The notes under the pieces are model-generated. The model was not told where the DNA came from. It worked only from the letters and a program-made list of their open reading frames with translations, and did not search any database. This document shows positions 1-12,317 of a DNA stretch of 64,000 nt, piece by piece. Made by a program: the position numbers and the translations under genes. Origin of the DNA: Bacillota bacterium (GTDB taxonomy: Bacteria > Bacillota > DTU025). The stretch's first letter is position 1, and each line of letters starts with the position of its first letter. Location: NCBI GenBank assembly GCA_050951805.1, contig JBMNJT010000002.1, forward strand, positions 992,001 through 1,056,000. Direction: 5' to 3'.

Positions 1-1458
<1,458 letters not shown>

Positions 1459-1537
1459 TACGCCTCGCAATCCTAGCTTCTCATCTGGTATGCGGTTGTC
1501 TGAGGGCGCATTGAGCCCGCAAGAAATGAATATGAGT

Positions 1538-1654
1538 TTCCGGTGGCAATAGCGGAGGGGCCACACCTGTTCCCATTCCGAACACAGTAGTTAAGCCCTC
1601 CATCGCCGATGGTACTAGGCTGGAGACGGCCTGGGAGAGTAGGTAGCTGCCGGA
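1538..1654 (+). rRNA. rrf: 5S rRNA
   Basis: TCCGGTGGC...CCCATTCCGAACAC...GTTAAG...GGGAGAGTAGGTAGCTGCCGGA with paired termini, ~117 nt, after 23S. Confidence 0.97.
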
Positions 1655-1673
1655 TTCTTTTTTATCTTCAAGA

Positions 1674-1701
1674 GCCTTGGCTAGATGCCGAGGCCTTTTT
1701 T
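1674..1701 (+). terminator. rRNA operon intrinsic terminator
   Basis: GCCTTGGC-TAGAT-GCCGAGGC hairpin followed by a T run. Confidence 0.75.
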
Positions 1702-1754
1702 GGCTTCTTCCGGGAATATTTCATATACTCAAAGGTGATGAAGGGGGGACGATT

Positions 1755-2405
1755 ATGGAGCGTGAGGTCAGGGAGATCATAGAAGAGCAGTTGTTTTCAA
1801 GCGAGGTCATATTGTGGGCGGGGCGCCCTAGAAGAGGATTGGCGCTTCGGGCCTCAGATTGGTTCCTCATTCCATTCAGTCTAGTTTGGTTGTGCATTGC
1901 GACTGAAATCACGGGAAATGCAAGAAAGTTTGGAGTCCCCTCGGTGAGATATGAATTCGGGCTTTCAGGCCGACGTGTGTTTGCGCAGCCGCTTACGGTG
2001 TTCGAGGTAGTGGGATGGTTGTTCATCGCCATCGGGCTGTATCTCCTCGTTGGGCGCTTCTTTGTGGATGCCCGGGTCAGGCGCAATACGTACTACGGTG
2101 TGACCGATAGGCGGATTCTCATCCTGACAGGTTTCTTCGGCAACAGGTTTGTATCTATTCCATTGGACAGGGTTGGAGAAATGAATGCTATTCGAAGAGC
2201 TGACGGAAGCGGAACCATTCAGTTTGGCAGGCCTACGTACATCCCCGGCTGGGGCGATTCTACAATGAACGGCCACCATTACCAGAACTGGAGGCGAGTG
2301 GACCCGCCCTCGTTCGAGATGATTGAGGATGTTCTTTCTGTCAGAAACATCATCGTCTCAGCGCAGCAAGGGACATATGATGGATCGGGAGGGGCAGGCG
2401 GCTGA
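1755..2405 (+). CDS. Membrane protein with bacterial PH-like domain
   Basis: ATG at 1755 after GGGGGG RBS; E-x-ILW-x-GRP start, two hydrophobic helices, YYGVTDRRILI and G-x-GTI-x-F motifs typical of bPH membrane proteins. Confidence 0.7.
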   Translation: MEREVREIIEEQLFSSEVILWAGRPRRGLALRASDWFLIPFSLVWLCIATEITGNARKFGVPSVRYEFGLSGRRVFAQPLTVFEVVGWLFIAIGLYLLVGRFFVDARVRRNTYYGVTDRRILILTGFFGNRFVSIPLDRVGEMNAIRRADGSGTIQFGRPTYIPGWGDSTMNGHHYQNWRRVDPPSFEMIEDVLSVRNIIVSAQQGTYDGSGGAGG

Positions 2406-2482
2406 CGCCGAGCATAGGAACCCGGCCCTAGCTTCAAGGTTGCACATGAGCGGGCCGGGTCTTCCTGTTCTATGCAAGGAGT

Positions 2483-4225
2483 CTATTTCTGTCGCAGCCT
2501 ATTGAGTGTTCGGGCTGTTGCCAGAAACTCTTCCTCTATGGCTACCTTTTCCTCATCTGACTGGAATTTCTCCGATAGCTTTGCAGAAAGCAGCGCGAGC
2601 CTGTGCTCGAGCTCAAGCACGGTGTGGCCCTGCTTTTGGGCTGGGCCAATGGCTTGTGCAGCCTCAAGCTTCCTGTGTTCCTCCCATTCGCCGTATGTTC
2701 CGGGAAAGACACTTACCTGGCCTGAATTGAAGGCTGCTATCATGTTGCATGTGTGTTCAAGAAAGCGCCTGTCGTGAGAGACGACGACCAGCGTTCCTTT
2801 CCACTCTGCCAGGCATGACTCGATTGCCTCTCGGGATTGCACGTCAAGATTATTGGTAGGTTCGTCGAGGGCGATTAGGTCATAATTGGATATAAGCATT
2901 CTAGCGATTGATACACGAGCGCGTTCACCCCAGCTCAATACCGATATACGTTTGTGAACGTCTGCCCCTCGAAAGAGCAGGGATGCCAATAGATCGCGGG
3001 CCGCTTGTATCTGCTTTCCTCTGTCATTGCCAGGAGCGCTGCCCCGAGACTGTGCCTCCGTTATCGCTTCCAGCACAGTAAGGTTCGGGTCAAGAGTCTC
3101 GTAGTGTTGATCCATGTAGAAAAAACGGCATGAGGGGCTCCTCCATACAGTGCCTGCAGTGAGAGATTCCAATCCGAGCATGGTGCGAAGCAGCGTTGTC
3201 TTGCCACACCCATTAGGTCCGATGATTCCCAGATGATCCCCCCGGCTAACGGCTAGATCCAGATCTTCGAAGAGCGGAGTCGAGCCAAAAGCTCTAGCTG
3301 CCCCTTCCATGAGTATCATGCGAACGCCGGTCTTGTCGGCCGGCGTTGTCTGCATCAGCGGAGATTCAGATGCCTTAGGTTTTGGAACCTTCTCCTTGCG
3401 CAGCCTCTCCAGGCGTTTTGCAGTCGCTTTTGCCCTCCGTGCGCCCTTTTTGGCCTTGGCTCTCAGAAAATCGTTCTGTCCGGCACTTCGATGGGCCGAT
3501 CGGAACCATTCCATCTGCTGAGATATCCTGGCTTCTAAGCGTCGTTCTTCACGCTTGTAATGGATGTGCGCTTTCATTTGGGCATCAAGCTCAGCTTCTT
3601 TTTGCATTCGGTATGCACTGTAATTGCCTGTGAATGAACGAATTCCATCTGGCGCTAGCTCCAGGACGCGCATTGCTACGTCATCTAGGAAACGGCGGTC
3701 GTGAGAGACTATCAGAGCAGCGCCCTTGTGCGACAGTAAGAGATCGGTCAACAGTTCCATCCCTTCGATATCCAGGTGACAAGTGGGCTCATCCAGTAGC
3801 AGGATATCGGGACGGATTACCCAAGCGCAAGCTAGTCCCAGACGAGTCCGTTCTCCTGCGCTCAAGGTTCCTACGCGCCGCATCCGCATCTTCTTTGAAA
3901 TTCCAAATCGTGACAGAGCCTCTTCGGCATTTCCAACATCAGGTAGCCCCAAACTCGCCACTTGGCATAGGAAGAGAGGGGTTGCCGACTCTGGAAACTC
4001 TAGCTTTTGGGGAACATATCCCACACGCATTTTTGGGTCGATCCACACCTGCCCGTCATCGGGCTCCTCATCTCCTGTTATCAAGCGAAGCAACGTGCTC
4101 TTGCCTGATCCGTTTGGGCCGAATAAAGCTACACGCTCACCTAAAGAGATGTCAAACGAGGCGTTCTTGAATATTGTCTCTATTCCGTAGGTTTTTGAAA
4201 GGCGGGTTGCCTTTAAAACAACCAT
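2483..4225 (-). CDS. ABC-F ribosomal protection ATPase, VmlR/CplR-like
   Basis: Two ABC domains (GPNGSGKST, GPNGCGKTT, DEPT, SHDR), no TM segments; linker W-x3-AH...RAKAK...KRLE and helical C-terminal extension resemble B. subtilis VmlR. Start MVVLK at 4225. Confidence 0.85.
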   Translation of the reverse strand: MVVLKATRLSKTYGIETIFKNASFDISLGERVALFGPNGSGKSTLLRLITGDEEPDDGQVWIDPKMRVGYVPQKLEFPESATPLFLCQVASLGLPDVGNAEEALSRFGISKKMRMRRVGTLSAGERTRLGLACAWVIRPDILLLDEPTCHLDIEGMELLTDLLLSHKGAALIVSHDRRFLDDVAMRVLELAPDGIRSFTGNYSAYRMQKEAELDAQMKAHIHYKREERRLEARISQQMEWFRSAHRSAGQNDFLRAKAKKGARRAKATAKRLERLRKEKVPKPKASESPLMQTTPADKTGVRMILMEGAARAFGSTPLFEDLDLAVSRGDHLGIIGPNGCGKTTLLRTMLGLESLTAGTVWRSPSCRFFYMDQHYETLDPNLTVLEAITEAQSRGSAPGNDRGKQIQAARDLLASLLFRGADVHKRISVLSWGERARVSIARMLISNYDLIALDEPTNNLDVQSREAIESCLAEWKGTLVVVSHDRRFLEHTCNMIAAFNSGQVSVFPGTYGEWEEHRKLEAAQAIGPAQKQGHTVLELEHRLALLSAKLSEKFQSDEEKVAIEEEFLATARTLNRLRQK

Positions 4226-4283
4226 AGTATCCACTCCCAAACCCATGAATTCCATGGCAAGTGGGACTGGGCACTCTCACGAG

Positions 4284-4494
4284 CATAGGGCTTTGCGGAA
4301 ACAAAATGGCTACACCGATGCTGCAAGCCTTCGGGTGTAGCCATCCAATCTGCTATTTTTGCGAGGTTGCCAGCATTCCCACAAATGCTCAAACGCCGCA
4401 GGCCCCCATGGCGCTGCGTGCATTGAGCGTATTCGCTTAAGCTAGAATGCCAGCTTACTGAACATGTATATGTTACCTCTCCGCAAAGCCTATG
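4284..4494 (-). promoter_or_regulatory. Ribosome-dependent attenuator leader of the ABC-F gene
   Basis: Terminator hairpin 4306-4344 with TTTTGTTT tail on the minus strand; long-range inverted repeat 4284-4299/4480-4494; uORF inside; TTTACA-N17-TAACAT promoter just upstream. Confidence 0.8.
4442..4465 (-). CDS. Leader peptide uORF MFSKLAF
   Basis: ATG TTC AGT AAG CTG GCA TTC TAG preceded by a GGAGAGGT RBS on the minus strand. Confidence 0.7.
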   Translation of the reverse strand: MFSKLAF

Positions 4495-4544
4495 TTAAGA
4501 ACTGAATACATGTTAGCATATACCGGATTTCATGTAAACTGCTT

Positions 4545-5681
4545 CTATCGAAAAATGCGGGCGAGGGGAGGGGTCTTGAGAGTAATGGCTCCATACTCGC
4601 ATAGCTCCTGACAGCAGTAACACCGGATGCACTTGTCGTAATCCATGTGTGCTACACCATCGCGTATCTCAATGGCGTCAGCTGGGCATGCCCTGGCGCA
4701 GACTCTGCATCCACGGCACGAATTGCGAACTACTGAGGGCCGAGTCGTAAACCAGTTCCGTAGTACCCGGCCTGTCTCGCCCGACATCAGCCTTTGCCGC
4801 ATGGAAGGACGGGCGGCCTTGGGAACCCGAAACCCTTGCACTTGCAGTTCTTCAATGGACGGGCCGTAAATATCGATGTTGCCCAGATCTATGGTTCCGT
4901 AGCCCTTCTCTGAAGCGATGCGAAGCGGCGGCGATTCGACGGGGTTGATGCCGACAATTGAGCACGCAACAGCGTCTATGGCTACCCCGTCCGATCCTGC
5001 CATAATAATCCCGAGATCGAATGGGTCTCCGTTTCGCGGGCCGTTCCCGTCCATGCCGATTATACCGTCGAGTATTGAAAGCGTCGGTTTGGCTGTGGCG
5101 TAAATTTCGGCGAGAAGTGTCGAAAACAGCTCTCGATCTTGAAACCTCAGATGATACTTGCCCTTCTGGGATCCGCATATTACTCCGAACATGTTCTTTA
5201 CGCACCCTGTATACATGACGAGCCCGTGGGATTTCAGCTTTGGAAGACTGATTACTGCGTCGGCGTCAACTACCGGCTCGGCTATGGGCAGGGATGTTAC
5301 TATGTGGCCGGGGCTGAGCGGCACATTCCTTGACGTTTCGAACGGAGCCGCATCTACACCCATCTCTTCAAGCACTTCTAGGAGTCCGGACTTGCTGGCG
5401 GCCACATGGAAGCTTTCGAACCCGGGGCTCTCGCCGACTATTGGTTTGCCGCCGACCGATCTCACTTCCTCTATTACCGCCCTGAGAACCTCTGGGTGTG
5501 TAGTAGCTCCGCGCTCTGGAGGCGTCCCGGCAATAAGGTTGGGCTTAATCAAAACTCTGCTGCCGGGCTCGATAAACGTGCCCATGCCGCCGAGAGGCGA
5601 GAGCGCTTCACTGAGGGCTTCTTTTACGTGCTCTCGCTCATAGTCCTTGCATCTTGTGATGGAAACTTGAGACTTGTTCAA
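4545..5681 (-). CDS. DUF362 domain protein with C-terminal 2x[4Fe-4S] ferredoxin domain
   Basis: VLIKPN, TTHPEV, PKLKSH, KNMFG motifs; CRGCRVCARACP and CIRCYCCQELC. Confidence 0.88.
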   Translation of the reverse strand: MNKSQVSITRCKDYEREHVKEALSEALSPLGGMGTFIEPGSRVLIKPNLIAGTPPERGATTHPEVLRAVIEEVRSVGGKPIVGESPGFESFHVAASKSGLLEVLEEMGVDAAPFETSRNVPLSPGHIVTSLPIAEPVVDADAVISLPKLKSHGLVMYTGCVKNMFGVICGSQKGKYHLRFQDRELFSTLLAEIYATAKPTLSILDGIIGMDGNGPRNGDPFDLGIIMAGSDGVAIDAVACSIVGINPVESPPLRIASEKGYGTIDLGNIDIYGPSIEELQVQGFRVPKAARPSMRQRLMSGETGRVLRNWFTTRPSVVRNSCRGCRVCARACPADAIEIRDGVAHMDYDKCIRCYCCQELCEYGAITLKTPPLARIFR

Positions 5682-5710
5682 TGCAGTACCTCCGTAACTA
5701 GTTTTGCCTC

Positions 5711-5739
5711 TTGACTACACTTCGTTGGGCTGCTATTAT
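5711..5739 (+). promoter_or_regulatory. SigA promoter for tRNA-Asn
   Basis: TTGACT-N17-TATTAT with extended TG, 13 nt before the tRNA. Confidence 0.7.
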
Positions 5740-5752
5740 AAATTCATAACGT

Positions 5753-5827
5753 TCCTCGATAGCTCAGCGGTAGAGCAACCGGCTGTTAACCGGTGGGTCG
5801 CAGGTTCGAATCCTGCTCGGGGAGCCA
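5753..5827 (+). tRNA. tRNA-Asn (GTT)
   Basis: Cloverleaf, CCGG-CTGTTAA-CCGG anticodon arm, GGTTCGAATCC, encoded CCA. Confidence 0.98.
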
Positions 5828-6076
5828 TTTTTTTGTACATTTCCGTCCGTAGTTTCTCCTTCCACAGAGGCCCACCTGTTACGCTTCAACCCCAGCAAGG
5901 TTGGGGCCGCAAGAGATGAACATGGCGAAGTCCAGCGGCTCAATTCAGCGAAATGAATGGCGCCAAAGGGGCCATGCTCTATGTAATCGGCAATATACTT
6001 GCAGATGGGCAGAAATCTGGGTTCCATGCCTATGGAATGCTTATATGATACCACAGGAAGAAAAGGGCGTGAATGA

Positions 6077-6127
6077 AAAGAGGACGCGGGCTATCCCGGT
6101 ATTGCAGGGAATGCCCGCGCTTGTTTT
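6077..6127 (-). terminator. groEL terminator (possibly bidirectional)
   Basis: GCGGGC..TCCC / GGGA..GCCCGC hairpin flanked by AAAA and TTTT. Confidence 0.6.
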
Positions 6128-6142
6128 AGTATTGGCGAACGT

Positions 6143-7762
6143 CTAGTAGTCCATTCCTCCCGGAGGATACGGCATCGGCGGCTCTTCCGTGGGAATCTCG
6201 GCGATGACAGCCTCGGTGGTGAGCATCATCGATGCAATGGAGGCTGCGTTCTGCAGGGCTGACCTGCTGACCTTCACGGGGTCGACTATTCCTGCCTTGA
6301 TTAGATCGCAGTATTCCCCAGTCAGAGCGTTCAAGCCGAACCCGGGCTTGTTCTCTGATTTCACTCTCTCGACTACAACAGAGCCCTCAAGGCCGGCATT
6401 GTTGGCGATGGTGCGCAACGGTTCCTCGAGAGCGCGCTTGACGATATTGACTCCGGTCTTCTCATCGCCTTCTGCTTCTATCTGATCGAGTTTGGAAATC
6501 ATGTTGATGTAGGTGGCGCCGCCGCCTGCAACTAGTCCTTCCTCAACGGCCGCCCTTGTTGCCGAAAGAGCATCTTCTATTCTATGCTTCTTCTCCTTAA
6601 GCTCGGTCTCTGTTGAGGCGCCAACTTTAATAATAGCCACGCCGCCAGCGAGCTTTGCGAGGCGCTCCTGGAGCTTCTCACGGTCGTAGTCGGAATCGGA
6701 ATCGTCGATTTCGCGGCGAATCTGGTCGACACGCGCCTCGATCTTGGCCTTCTCTCCACGGCCCTCGATGATGGTCGTCTTTTCCTTGTTGACCTTGACC
6801 GTCTTGGCCTGGCCGAGCTGCTTCAGGTCGACGTTTTCAAGCTTTGCACCCGTTGCCTCTGAGATGAATTCTCCGCCTGTAAGCACAGCTATGTCTTCCA
6901 TCATTGCGTTGCGCCTGTCACCAAACCCTGGCGCCTTAACAGCGACAACGTTTAGGATTCCGCGGAGCTTGTTGACGACGAGAGTTGCAAGGGCTTCGCC
7001 TTCTATATCTTCGGCAACGATCAAAAGCGGTCTGCCAGCACGGGCGATCTTCTCCAGCAATGGGAGGAGCTCTTGAACATTACTGATCTTCTTCTCGTAA
7101 AGCAGAATATATGGATCTTCGAGAATGGCCTCCATCGACTCCGTGCTAGTGACGAAGTAGGGGGATATGTATCCCTTATCGAATTCCATGCCTTCGACCT
7201 GTTCGACAGTGGTCTCGATGCCCTTGGACTCCTCGACGGTGATTACTCCGTCCTTGCCGACTTTGTCCATGGCTTCAGCGATCCATTCGCCGACGGCCTC
7301 GTCATTCCCGGAAATCGAGGCTACGTGGGCAATGTCTTCCTTGCCGTCCACGGGGATGGCGAGTTTATGTAGCTCGTCTACGACGAGTTCTACGGCCTTG
7401 TCTATACCGCGCTTCAGGAACATCGGGTTCGCGCCAGCAGTTACGTTGCGCAGCCCCTCGTTCACAATTATTTGGGCAAGGACAGTGGCGGTTGTGGTGC
7501 CGTCGCCTGCGACGTCGTTCGTTTTCGATGCAACTTCCTTGACGAGCTGGGCTCCCATGTTTTCATACGGATCCTCTAGCTCGATTTCTTTGGCCACCGT
7601 CACGCCGTCCTTAGTGATGACTGGTGATCCATACTTCCGCTCAAGCACGACGTTGCGTCCTTTAGGACCCAATGTGACCTTGACTGCAGATGCAACTGCG
7701 TCGACACCGTTTTTCAGGCTAGTACGCGCTTCTTCTGCATATGCTAACTGCTTAGCAGCCAT
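6143..7762 (-). CDS. groEL: Chaperonin GroEL
   Basis: [28 protein letters not shown]-terminal tail. Confidence 0.99.
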   Translation of the reverse strand: MAAKQLAYAEEARTSLKNGVDAVASAVKVTLGPKGRNVVLERKYGSPVITKDGVTVAKEIELEDPYENMGAQLVKEVASKTNDVAGDGTTTATVLAQIIVNEGLRNVTAGANPMFLKRGIDKAVELVVDELHKLAIPVDGKEDIAHVASISGNDEAVGEWIAEAMDKVGKDGVITVEESKGIETTVEQVEGMEFDKGYISPYFVTSTESMEAILEDPYILLYEKKISNVQELLPLLEKIARAGRPLLIVAEDIEGEALATLVVNKLRGILNVVAVKAPGFGDRRNAMMEDIAVLTGGEFISEATGAKLENVDLKQLGQAKTVKVNKEKTTIIEGRGEKAKIEARVDQIRREIDDSDSDYDREKLQERLAKLAGGVAIIKVGASTETELKEKKHRIEDALSATRAAVEEGLVAGGGATYINMISKLDQIEAEGDEKTGVNIVKRALEEPLRTIANNAGLEGSVVVERVKSENKPGFGLNALTGEYCDLIKAGIVDPVKVSRSALQNAASIASMMLTTEAVIAEIPTEEPPMPYPPGGMDY

Positions 7763-7825
7763 TTTCGTTTGCCTCCTTCATACGCATGAATGATTTGCAT
7801 GTTGGTCTTCGTGGGGCAGTAGGTT

Positions 7826-8110
7826 CTACTTGACCGCGAGAATATCGGACTCGCGGAGAATCAAGTATTCTTCGCCGTCAATCTTGATTTCAGTGCCGCC
7901 GTATTTGGCGAATATGACCGTGTCCCCAACGTTTACCTCCAGTGGGATGCGGCGCTTGCCTTCTTCATCCCATCTGCCGGGCCCAACAGCCTTCACTTCG
8001 CCCCACTGAGGGCGCTCTTTAGCGGTATCCGGAAGAACAATTCCGCCCGGAGTCTTCTCTTCTTCCGTATGAGGCTTTACAAGCACTCTGTCAGCACAAG
8101 GTTTTACCAT
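7826..8110 (-). CDS. groES: Co-chaperonin GroES
   Basis: [24 protein letters not shown]; upstream of groEL. Confidence 0.99.
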   Translation of the reverse strand: MVKPCADRVLVKPHTEEEKTPGGIVLPDTAKERPQWGEVKAVGPGRWDEEGKRRIPLEVNVGDTVIFAKYGGTEIKIDGEEYLILRESDILAVK

Positions 8111-8139
8111 CGACGTTTACCTCCTTCACGGCGTTGCTC

Positions 8140-8166
8140 TTAGCACTCAACGGATGTGAGTGCTAA
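8140..8166. promoter_or_regulatory. CIRCE element (HrcA operator)
   Basis: Perfect TTAGCACTC-N9-GAGTGCTAA upstream of groES; minus-strand TTGACA-N18-TATCAT promoter at 8203-8174. Confidence 0.98.
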
Positions 8167-8313
8167 CAAAGATATGATATACTCCTCGTTTTGGTGTTGT
8201 CAAGGCTTATGATAGAATTATTTCCGGGATAGGAGTCTATATACAGTCGACGACTGCCGTTTGTCCGGAAATACTGGTACTTAACCGAACCGATGAAGGA
8301 TGGGATTTGGACC

Positions 8314-9141
8314 ATGGCTGAACTTCTAAAGCTTCTTGCGATATCGCTGATTCCCGGTATCCTATGGGTTATCTACTTCCATCGGAAAGACATATACGAC
8401 AAAGAGCCAGCACGTTTGGTCGCAAAGGCATTTCTTGCAGGGGCGGTAATGATAATCCCGGCAGGTCTTGTGGAAGCGCCTCTACGAGGCGTGCTTACCA
8501 ATCCTCCGAGTTTGCCTGTTCTTTTGCTCGCGTCTGTTTTCGGAATAGGCTTGGTCGAGGAGTTCTTCAAGTATTTGGCCGTTCGGAGAACAGTGTACGA
8601 TCTTGCCGAGTTCAACGAACCAATGGATGGCATAGTCTACGCGGTCTCGGCCGGGCTCGGATTTGCCGCCTTTGAGAATGTTCTCTACGCGGCATCCTAT
8701 GGCCTTCCAGTTGGGATAGTCAGAGGTGCGCTTACATCCTTGGTGCACGCATCCTTTTCCGGGATCGTCGGCTTTCAAATGGGTATTGCCAAGTTCGCTC
8801 CGAAGTCCATGGAAGGACCGCTCGTAGCCAGAGGATTGATGACCGCGTCGGTGCTTCATGGTTTGTATGATTTTCTTCTCATGACCGAGCTGATGAATTT
8901 CTACCTTACTTTGCTCGTGGTTGTCTTGCTATATGTCGGGCTCGCCGGGAAGATAAGGACAGCTCTCCACGTTTCACCGTTCAGGTTCGCAGAACTGTAT
9001 GGGAAAGAGGATGGAAGATCTGAGGATTCTGTGGAGATTGGACGGATTGGCGACGCTGCTGGGACCGGTGATCCGGATGTGCCGTCTGGTAATGGAAGAG
9101 TGGCAAACGGAGAAGACGACAGCTCGAGCAGTCGTAGATGA
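8314..9141 (+). CDS. prsW: PrsW-family intramembrane metalloprotease
   Basis: EEFFK, FNEPMDGIVY, GFAAFEN, HASFS, HGLYD motifs. Confidence 0.9.
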   Translation: MAELLKLLAISLIPGILWVIYFHRKDIYDKEPARLVAKAFLAGAVMIIPAGLVEAPLRGVLTNPPSLPVLLLASVFGIGLVEEFFKYLAVRRTVYDLAEFNEPMDGIVYAVSAGLGFAAFENVLYAASYGLPVGIVRGALTSLVHASFSGIVGFQMGIAKFAPKSMEGPLVARGLMTASVLHGLYDFLLMTELMNFYLTLLVVVLLYVGLAGKIRTALHVSPFRFAELYGKEDGRSEDSVEIGRIGDAAGTGDPDVPSGNGRVANGEDDSSSSRR

Positions 9142-9254
9142 GGGCGGCATGTCTCTTCTTCCTATGCTCTGATGCCGAATCCTTTCCAACGAGCTAGGGC
9201 TGTGTTAGAATGTACGCGGCAAAGTCATTGGAGTTCCTGTGGAAGGGGGTACGC

Positions 9255-10022
9255 ATGATGTCAGGACATTCGAAATGGGCTAACATTAAGCATAAAAAGG
9301 CTAAGGCTGACGCTCAGCGGGGTGCTGCTTTCACTAAGGCATCGCGCGAACTGCATGTCGCCGTTAAACAAGGTGGGCCTGATCCAGAGGCAAACTTCAG
9401 GCTCAAGATGGCCATTCAGGCTGCGCGAGCGGTTAACATGCCCAATGATACAATTCAGCGGGCCATTAAGAGGGCGGCGGGCGATGGAGATGGCGAGAGC
9501 TATGAGGAGATCGTGTATGAAGGATATGGGCCGGGTGGAGTTGCTCTCGTGGTAGAGGCTATGACTGACAACAGGAATCGCACCGCATCCGATGTTCGTC
9601 ACATCTTTTCGCGTCACGGCGGCAATCTTGGGGAAACAGGATGCGTGAACTGGATGTTCGACAGGAAAGGCTCGATAACTGTGGATACGGAAAGTTTTGC
9701 TGGTGACGAAGACGAGATGATGATGATCGCGCTTGACGCGGGAGCTGAGGATCTCAAGGCTTACGACGATTACTATGAAATCATCACCTCGCCCGAGGAT
9801 CTTGACGCGGTGCGGAAGGCCATGGAGAGTGCTGGAGTCGAATACTCTGGTGCTCGGATAATTCGAGTTCCGCAAAATGTTATGGTTCTTGGAACCAAAG
9901 AGGCTGGCCCGGCAATGCGTCTCGTTGACGCCCTCGATGAGCACGATGATGTGCAGCACGTGTACACGAATTTCGACATTCCCGACGAAGTGCTTGAGGA
10001 GCTAGAGAAGGAAGGAGCTTGA
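9255..10022 (+). CDS. yebC: YebC/PmpR family protein
   Basis: MSGHSKWANIKHKK, YEGYGPGGVA, TDNRNRT. Confidence 0.97.
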   Translation: MMSGHSKWANIKHKKAKADAQRGAAFTKASRELHVAVKQGGPDPEANFRLKMAIQAARAVNMPNDTIQRAIKRAAGDGDGESYEEIVYEGYGPGGVALVVEAMTDNRNRTASDVRHIFSRHGGNLGETGCVNWMFDRKGSITVDTESFAGDEDEMMMIALDAGAEDLKAYDDYYEIITSPEDLDAVRKAMESAGVEYSGARIIRVPQNVMVLGTKEAGPAMRLVDALDEHDDVQHVYTNFDIPDEVLEELEKEGA

Positions 10023-10158
10023 GCAAGTGCTTCTTCCTTCCCATGGCGACCACGCACGAGGCGTGGCCGCTTTTCTATGTGGCGTGCATGTTTGCAATAT
10101 GCCGCGGACGGGCTTGCCTTAGCTCACGGTTATTAGTTGCTATGAATGGGAGGTGGCG

Positions 10159-10668
10159 ATGGTGCTCGTGCTTGGCATCGATCCCGGGACGGCTATTACA
10201 GGCTATGGCCTGGTGCAGGAAGCAAATGGCAGAATTGAATGCAAAGATATGGGGTGCGTGCTTACTCGGGCAGACCTCCCTCTTGCTGTCAGGCTTTCTC
10301 AGATTTATGATGAACTTTTTGAGATTATCAGGCGTGATAAGCCGGATTGCGCTGCGGTTGAGCAACTTTTCTTTAATACTAACGCCAAGAGCGCCTTGGC
10401 GGTAGGACACGCGCGAGGCGTCGCGCTTTTAGCGTGTGAGAAAGCGGGCATTCCGGTGGCGGAGTATACTCCTCTTCAGGTGAAAATGGCAGTTGCTGGG
10501 TATGGCAGGGCAGACAAGAAGCAGGTGCAGAGCATGGTCAAGCTTTTGCTGGCGTTGGATTCGGAACCAAAGCCGGATGATGTTGCAGATGCGCTGGCGA
10601 TAGCCATATGCCATCTATCTACCGCTCCGTATCTTGCAAAGATCTCCGGGGATGGTGATCGTCTATGA
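10159..10668 (+). CDS. ruvC: Holliday junction resolvase RuvC
   Basis: LGIDPG, EYTPLQVK, PDDVADALAIA. Confidence 0.97.
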   Translation: MVLVLGIDPGTAITGYGLVQEANGRIECKDMGCVLTRADLPLAVRLSQIYDELFEIIRRDKPDCAAVEQLFFNTNAKSALAVGHARGVALLACEKAGIPVAEYTPLQVKMAVAGYGRADKKQVQSMVKLLLALDSEPKPDDVADALAIAICHLSTAPYLAKISGDGDRL

Positions 10669-11273
10669 TATCTCAGCTTCGCGGCAAGGTGGCTTCGATC
10701 GAGCGGGACGCCATTGTTTTGGATGTTGGGGGCATTGGGTTCTCTGTCTCGGTGACGTCGGGAACGAGAGCTACTTTGGGGCGAATAGGGGAGGAAGTTC
10801 GCCTTTTTACCGCAATGGTGATTCGCGATGACTGTGTGAACCTTTATGGTTTTGAGAGTGTGGAGGAGCGAGAATTCTTCCACATGCTCTGCGAGGTCAA
10901 GGGGATTGGCCCTAAAACTGCGCTGTCGATCCTATCCTCGCTTTCTCCGGAGACGCTTTCCATGGCTATCTCTTCGGGTGACATCGCGATGTTGGCTACA
11001 GCTCCCGGGGTGGGAAAGAGGACGGCGGAGCGACTTGCAGTTGAACTGAAAGGTAAGGTTGGGCAGTTCATCTCCGACGAATTCATAGAGAGAGGCGCAT
11101 CGGCAAACGCAGATTCAACTGCTGCCCAGGATGCGATCAGTGCGCTTGTATCGCTAGGCTACTCACCTGTTGAAGCCGAAAGGGCGGTGGCTGCAGCCGT
11201 GGCAGCCGGCTATTCGGACGATGCTTCTGCCATTATTCGCGCGGCGCTCTCAAGAATGTCGCGCGCGGAATGA
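10665..11273 (+). CDS. ruvA: Holliday junction branch migration protein RuvA
   Basis: LYGF, VKGIGPKTA, PGVGKRTAERL, ALVSLGY. Confidence 0.97.
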   Translation: MISQLRGKVASIERDAIVLDVGGIGFSVSVTSGTRATLGRIGEEVRLFTAMVIRDDCVNLYGFESVEEREFFHMLCEVKGIGPKTALSILSSLSPETLSMAISSGDIAMLATAPGVGKRTAERLAVELKGKVGQFISDEFIERGASANADSTAAQDAISALVSLGYSPVEAERAVAAAVAAGYSDDASAIIRAALSRMSRAE

Positions 11274-11288
11274 TCGGAGGGCATTTCT

Positions 11289-12317
11289 ATGGAGGAAAGA
11301 ATAGTGACGGGGGAAAAGACAGATGAAGATCGCGGGTCTGAGTTGAGCCTCCGTCCAAGGCGGCTCTCTGAGTTCATTGGCCAAAACAGAGTAAAGGAGA
11401 GCCTCTCGATTTTCATAGAAGCCGCCAGAAGTAGGGGCGAGCCTCTCGATCACGTGCTGCTGTATGGTCCCCCAGGCCTCGGAAAAACGACGTTGGCCAA
11501 CATCATCTCAGTGGAGATGGGTGTAAGGCTTCGGGTCACGTCTGGGCCGGCTATAGAACGCGCGGGGGACTTGGCTGCCATACTTACCAATCTTGCCCCC
11601 GGGGACGTGCTGTTCGTGGATGAGATCCACAGGCTGGGAAGGCCGGTTGAGGAGATACTCTACCCGGCCATGGAGGATTATGCGCTCGATATCATCATCG
11701 GCAAAGGCCCGTCTGCAAGATCGATACGGATCGACCTGCCAAGATTTACTCTGGTGGGGGCCACAACTAGGACAGGACTGATATCCTCGCCCCTTCGCGA
11801 TAGGTTTGGAGTAGTCCACAGGCTAGAGCTATACTCTGTAGACGATCTTGCCACAATCGTCTCAAAATCCGCTGAGATCTTGGGAATTGAGATCGAGGCC
11901 TTAGGGGCTTACGAGATAGCGAGGCGGTCCAGGGGAACCCCTAGGGTGGCCAATAGGATGCTGAGGCGGGTACGCGATTACGCCGAGGTGCGCGCAGACG
12001 GCGTCATAACACAGGATGTGGCTTGTGATGCCTTGGCCATGTTTGATGTGGATGAACTTGGCCTCGACAGGCTTGACAGGAAGATTCTAGCAACTATAAT
12101 AGACAAGTTCGGGGGTGGACCGGTCGGAGTGGACACTATCGCGGCTGCCATCAATGAGGAGAGAGATACTATCGAGGATGTGTATGAGCCGTACTTGATG
12201 CAGCTAGGTTTCATAGACAGGACGCCCCGCGGTCGAGTGGCTACAAGCTTGGCATACCAGCACATAGGACGGGAATTTCCAACAGATGAAGCAGATGGGC
12301 AGGCGAGGTTGCTGTGA
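11289..12317 (+). CDS. ruvB: Holliday junction helicase RuvB
   Basis: [32 protein letters not shown]. Confidence 0.99.
   Translation: MEERIVTGEKTDEDRGSELSLRPRRLSEFIGQNRVKESLSIFIEAARSRGEPLDHVLLYGPPGLGKTTLANIISVEMGVRLRVTSGPAIERAGDLAAILTNLAPGDVLFVDEIHRLGRPVEEILYPAMEDYALDIIIGKGPSARSIRIDLPRFTLVGATTRTGLISSPLRDRFGVVHRLELYSVDDLATIVSKSAEILGIEIEALGAYEIARRSRGTPRVANRMLRRVRDYAEVRADGVITQDVACDALAMFDVDELGLDRLDRKILATIIDKFGGGPVGVDTIAAAINEERDTIEDVYEPYLMQLGFIDRTPRGRVATSLAYQHIGREFPTDEADGQARLL

Noticed and set aside
5828-6075. Possible integrated element at tRNA-Asn, or an island bounded by the two tRNA-Asn copies
   Set aside because: Both tRNAs are complete with their own promoters, core genes lie between them, and no integrase or partial att duplication was seen.
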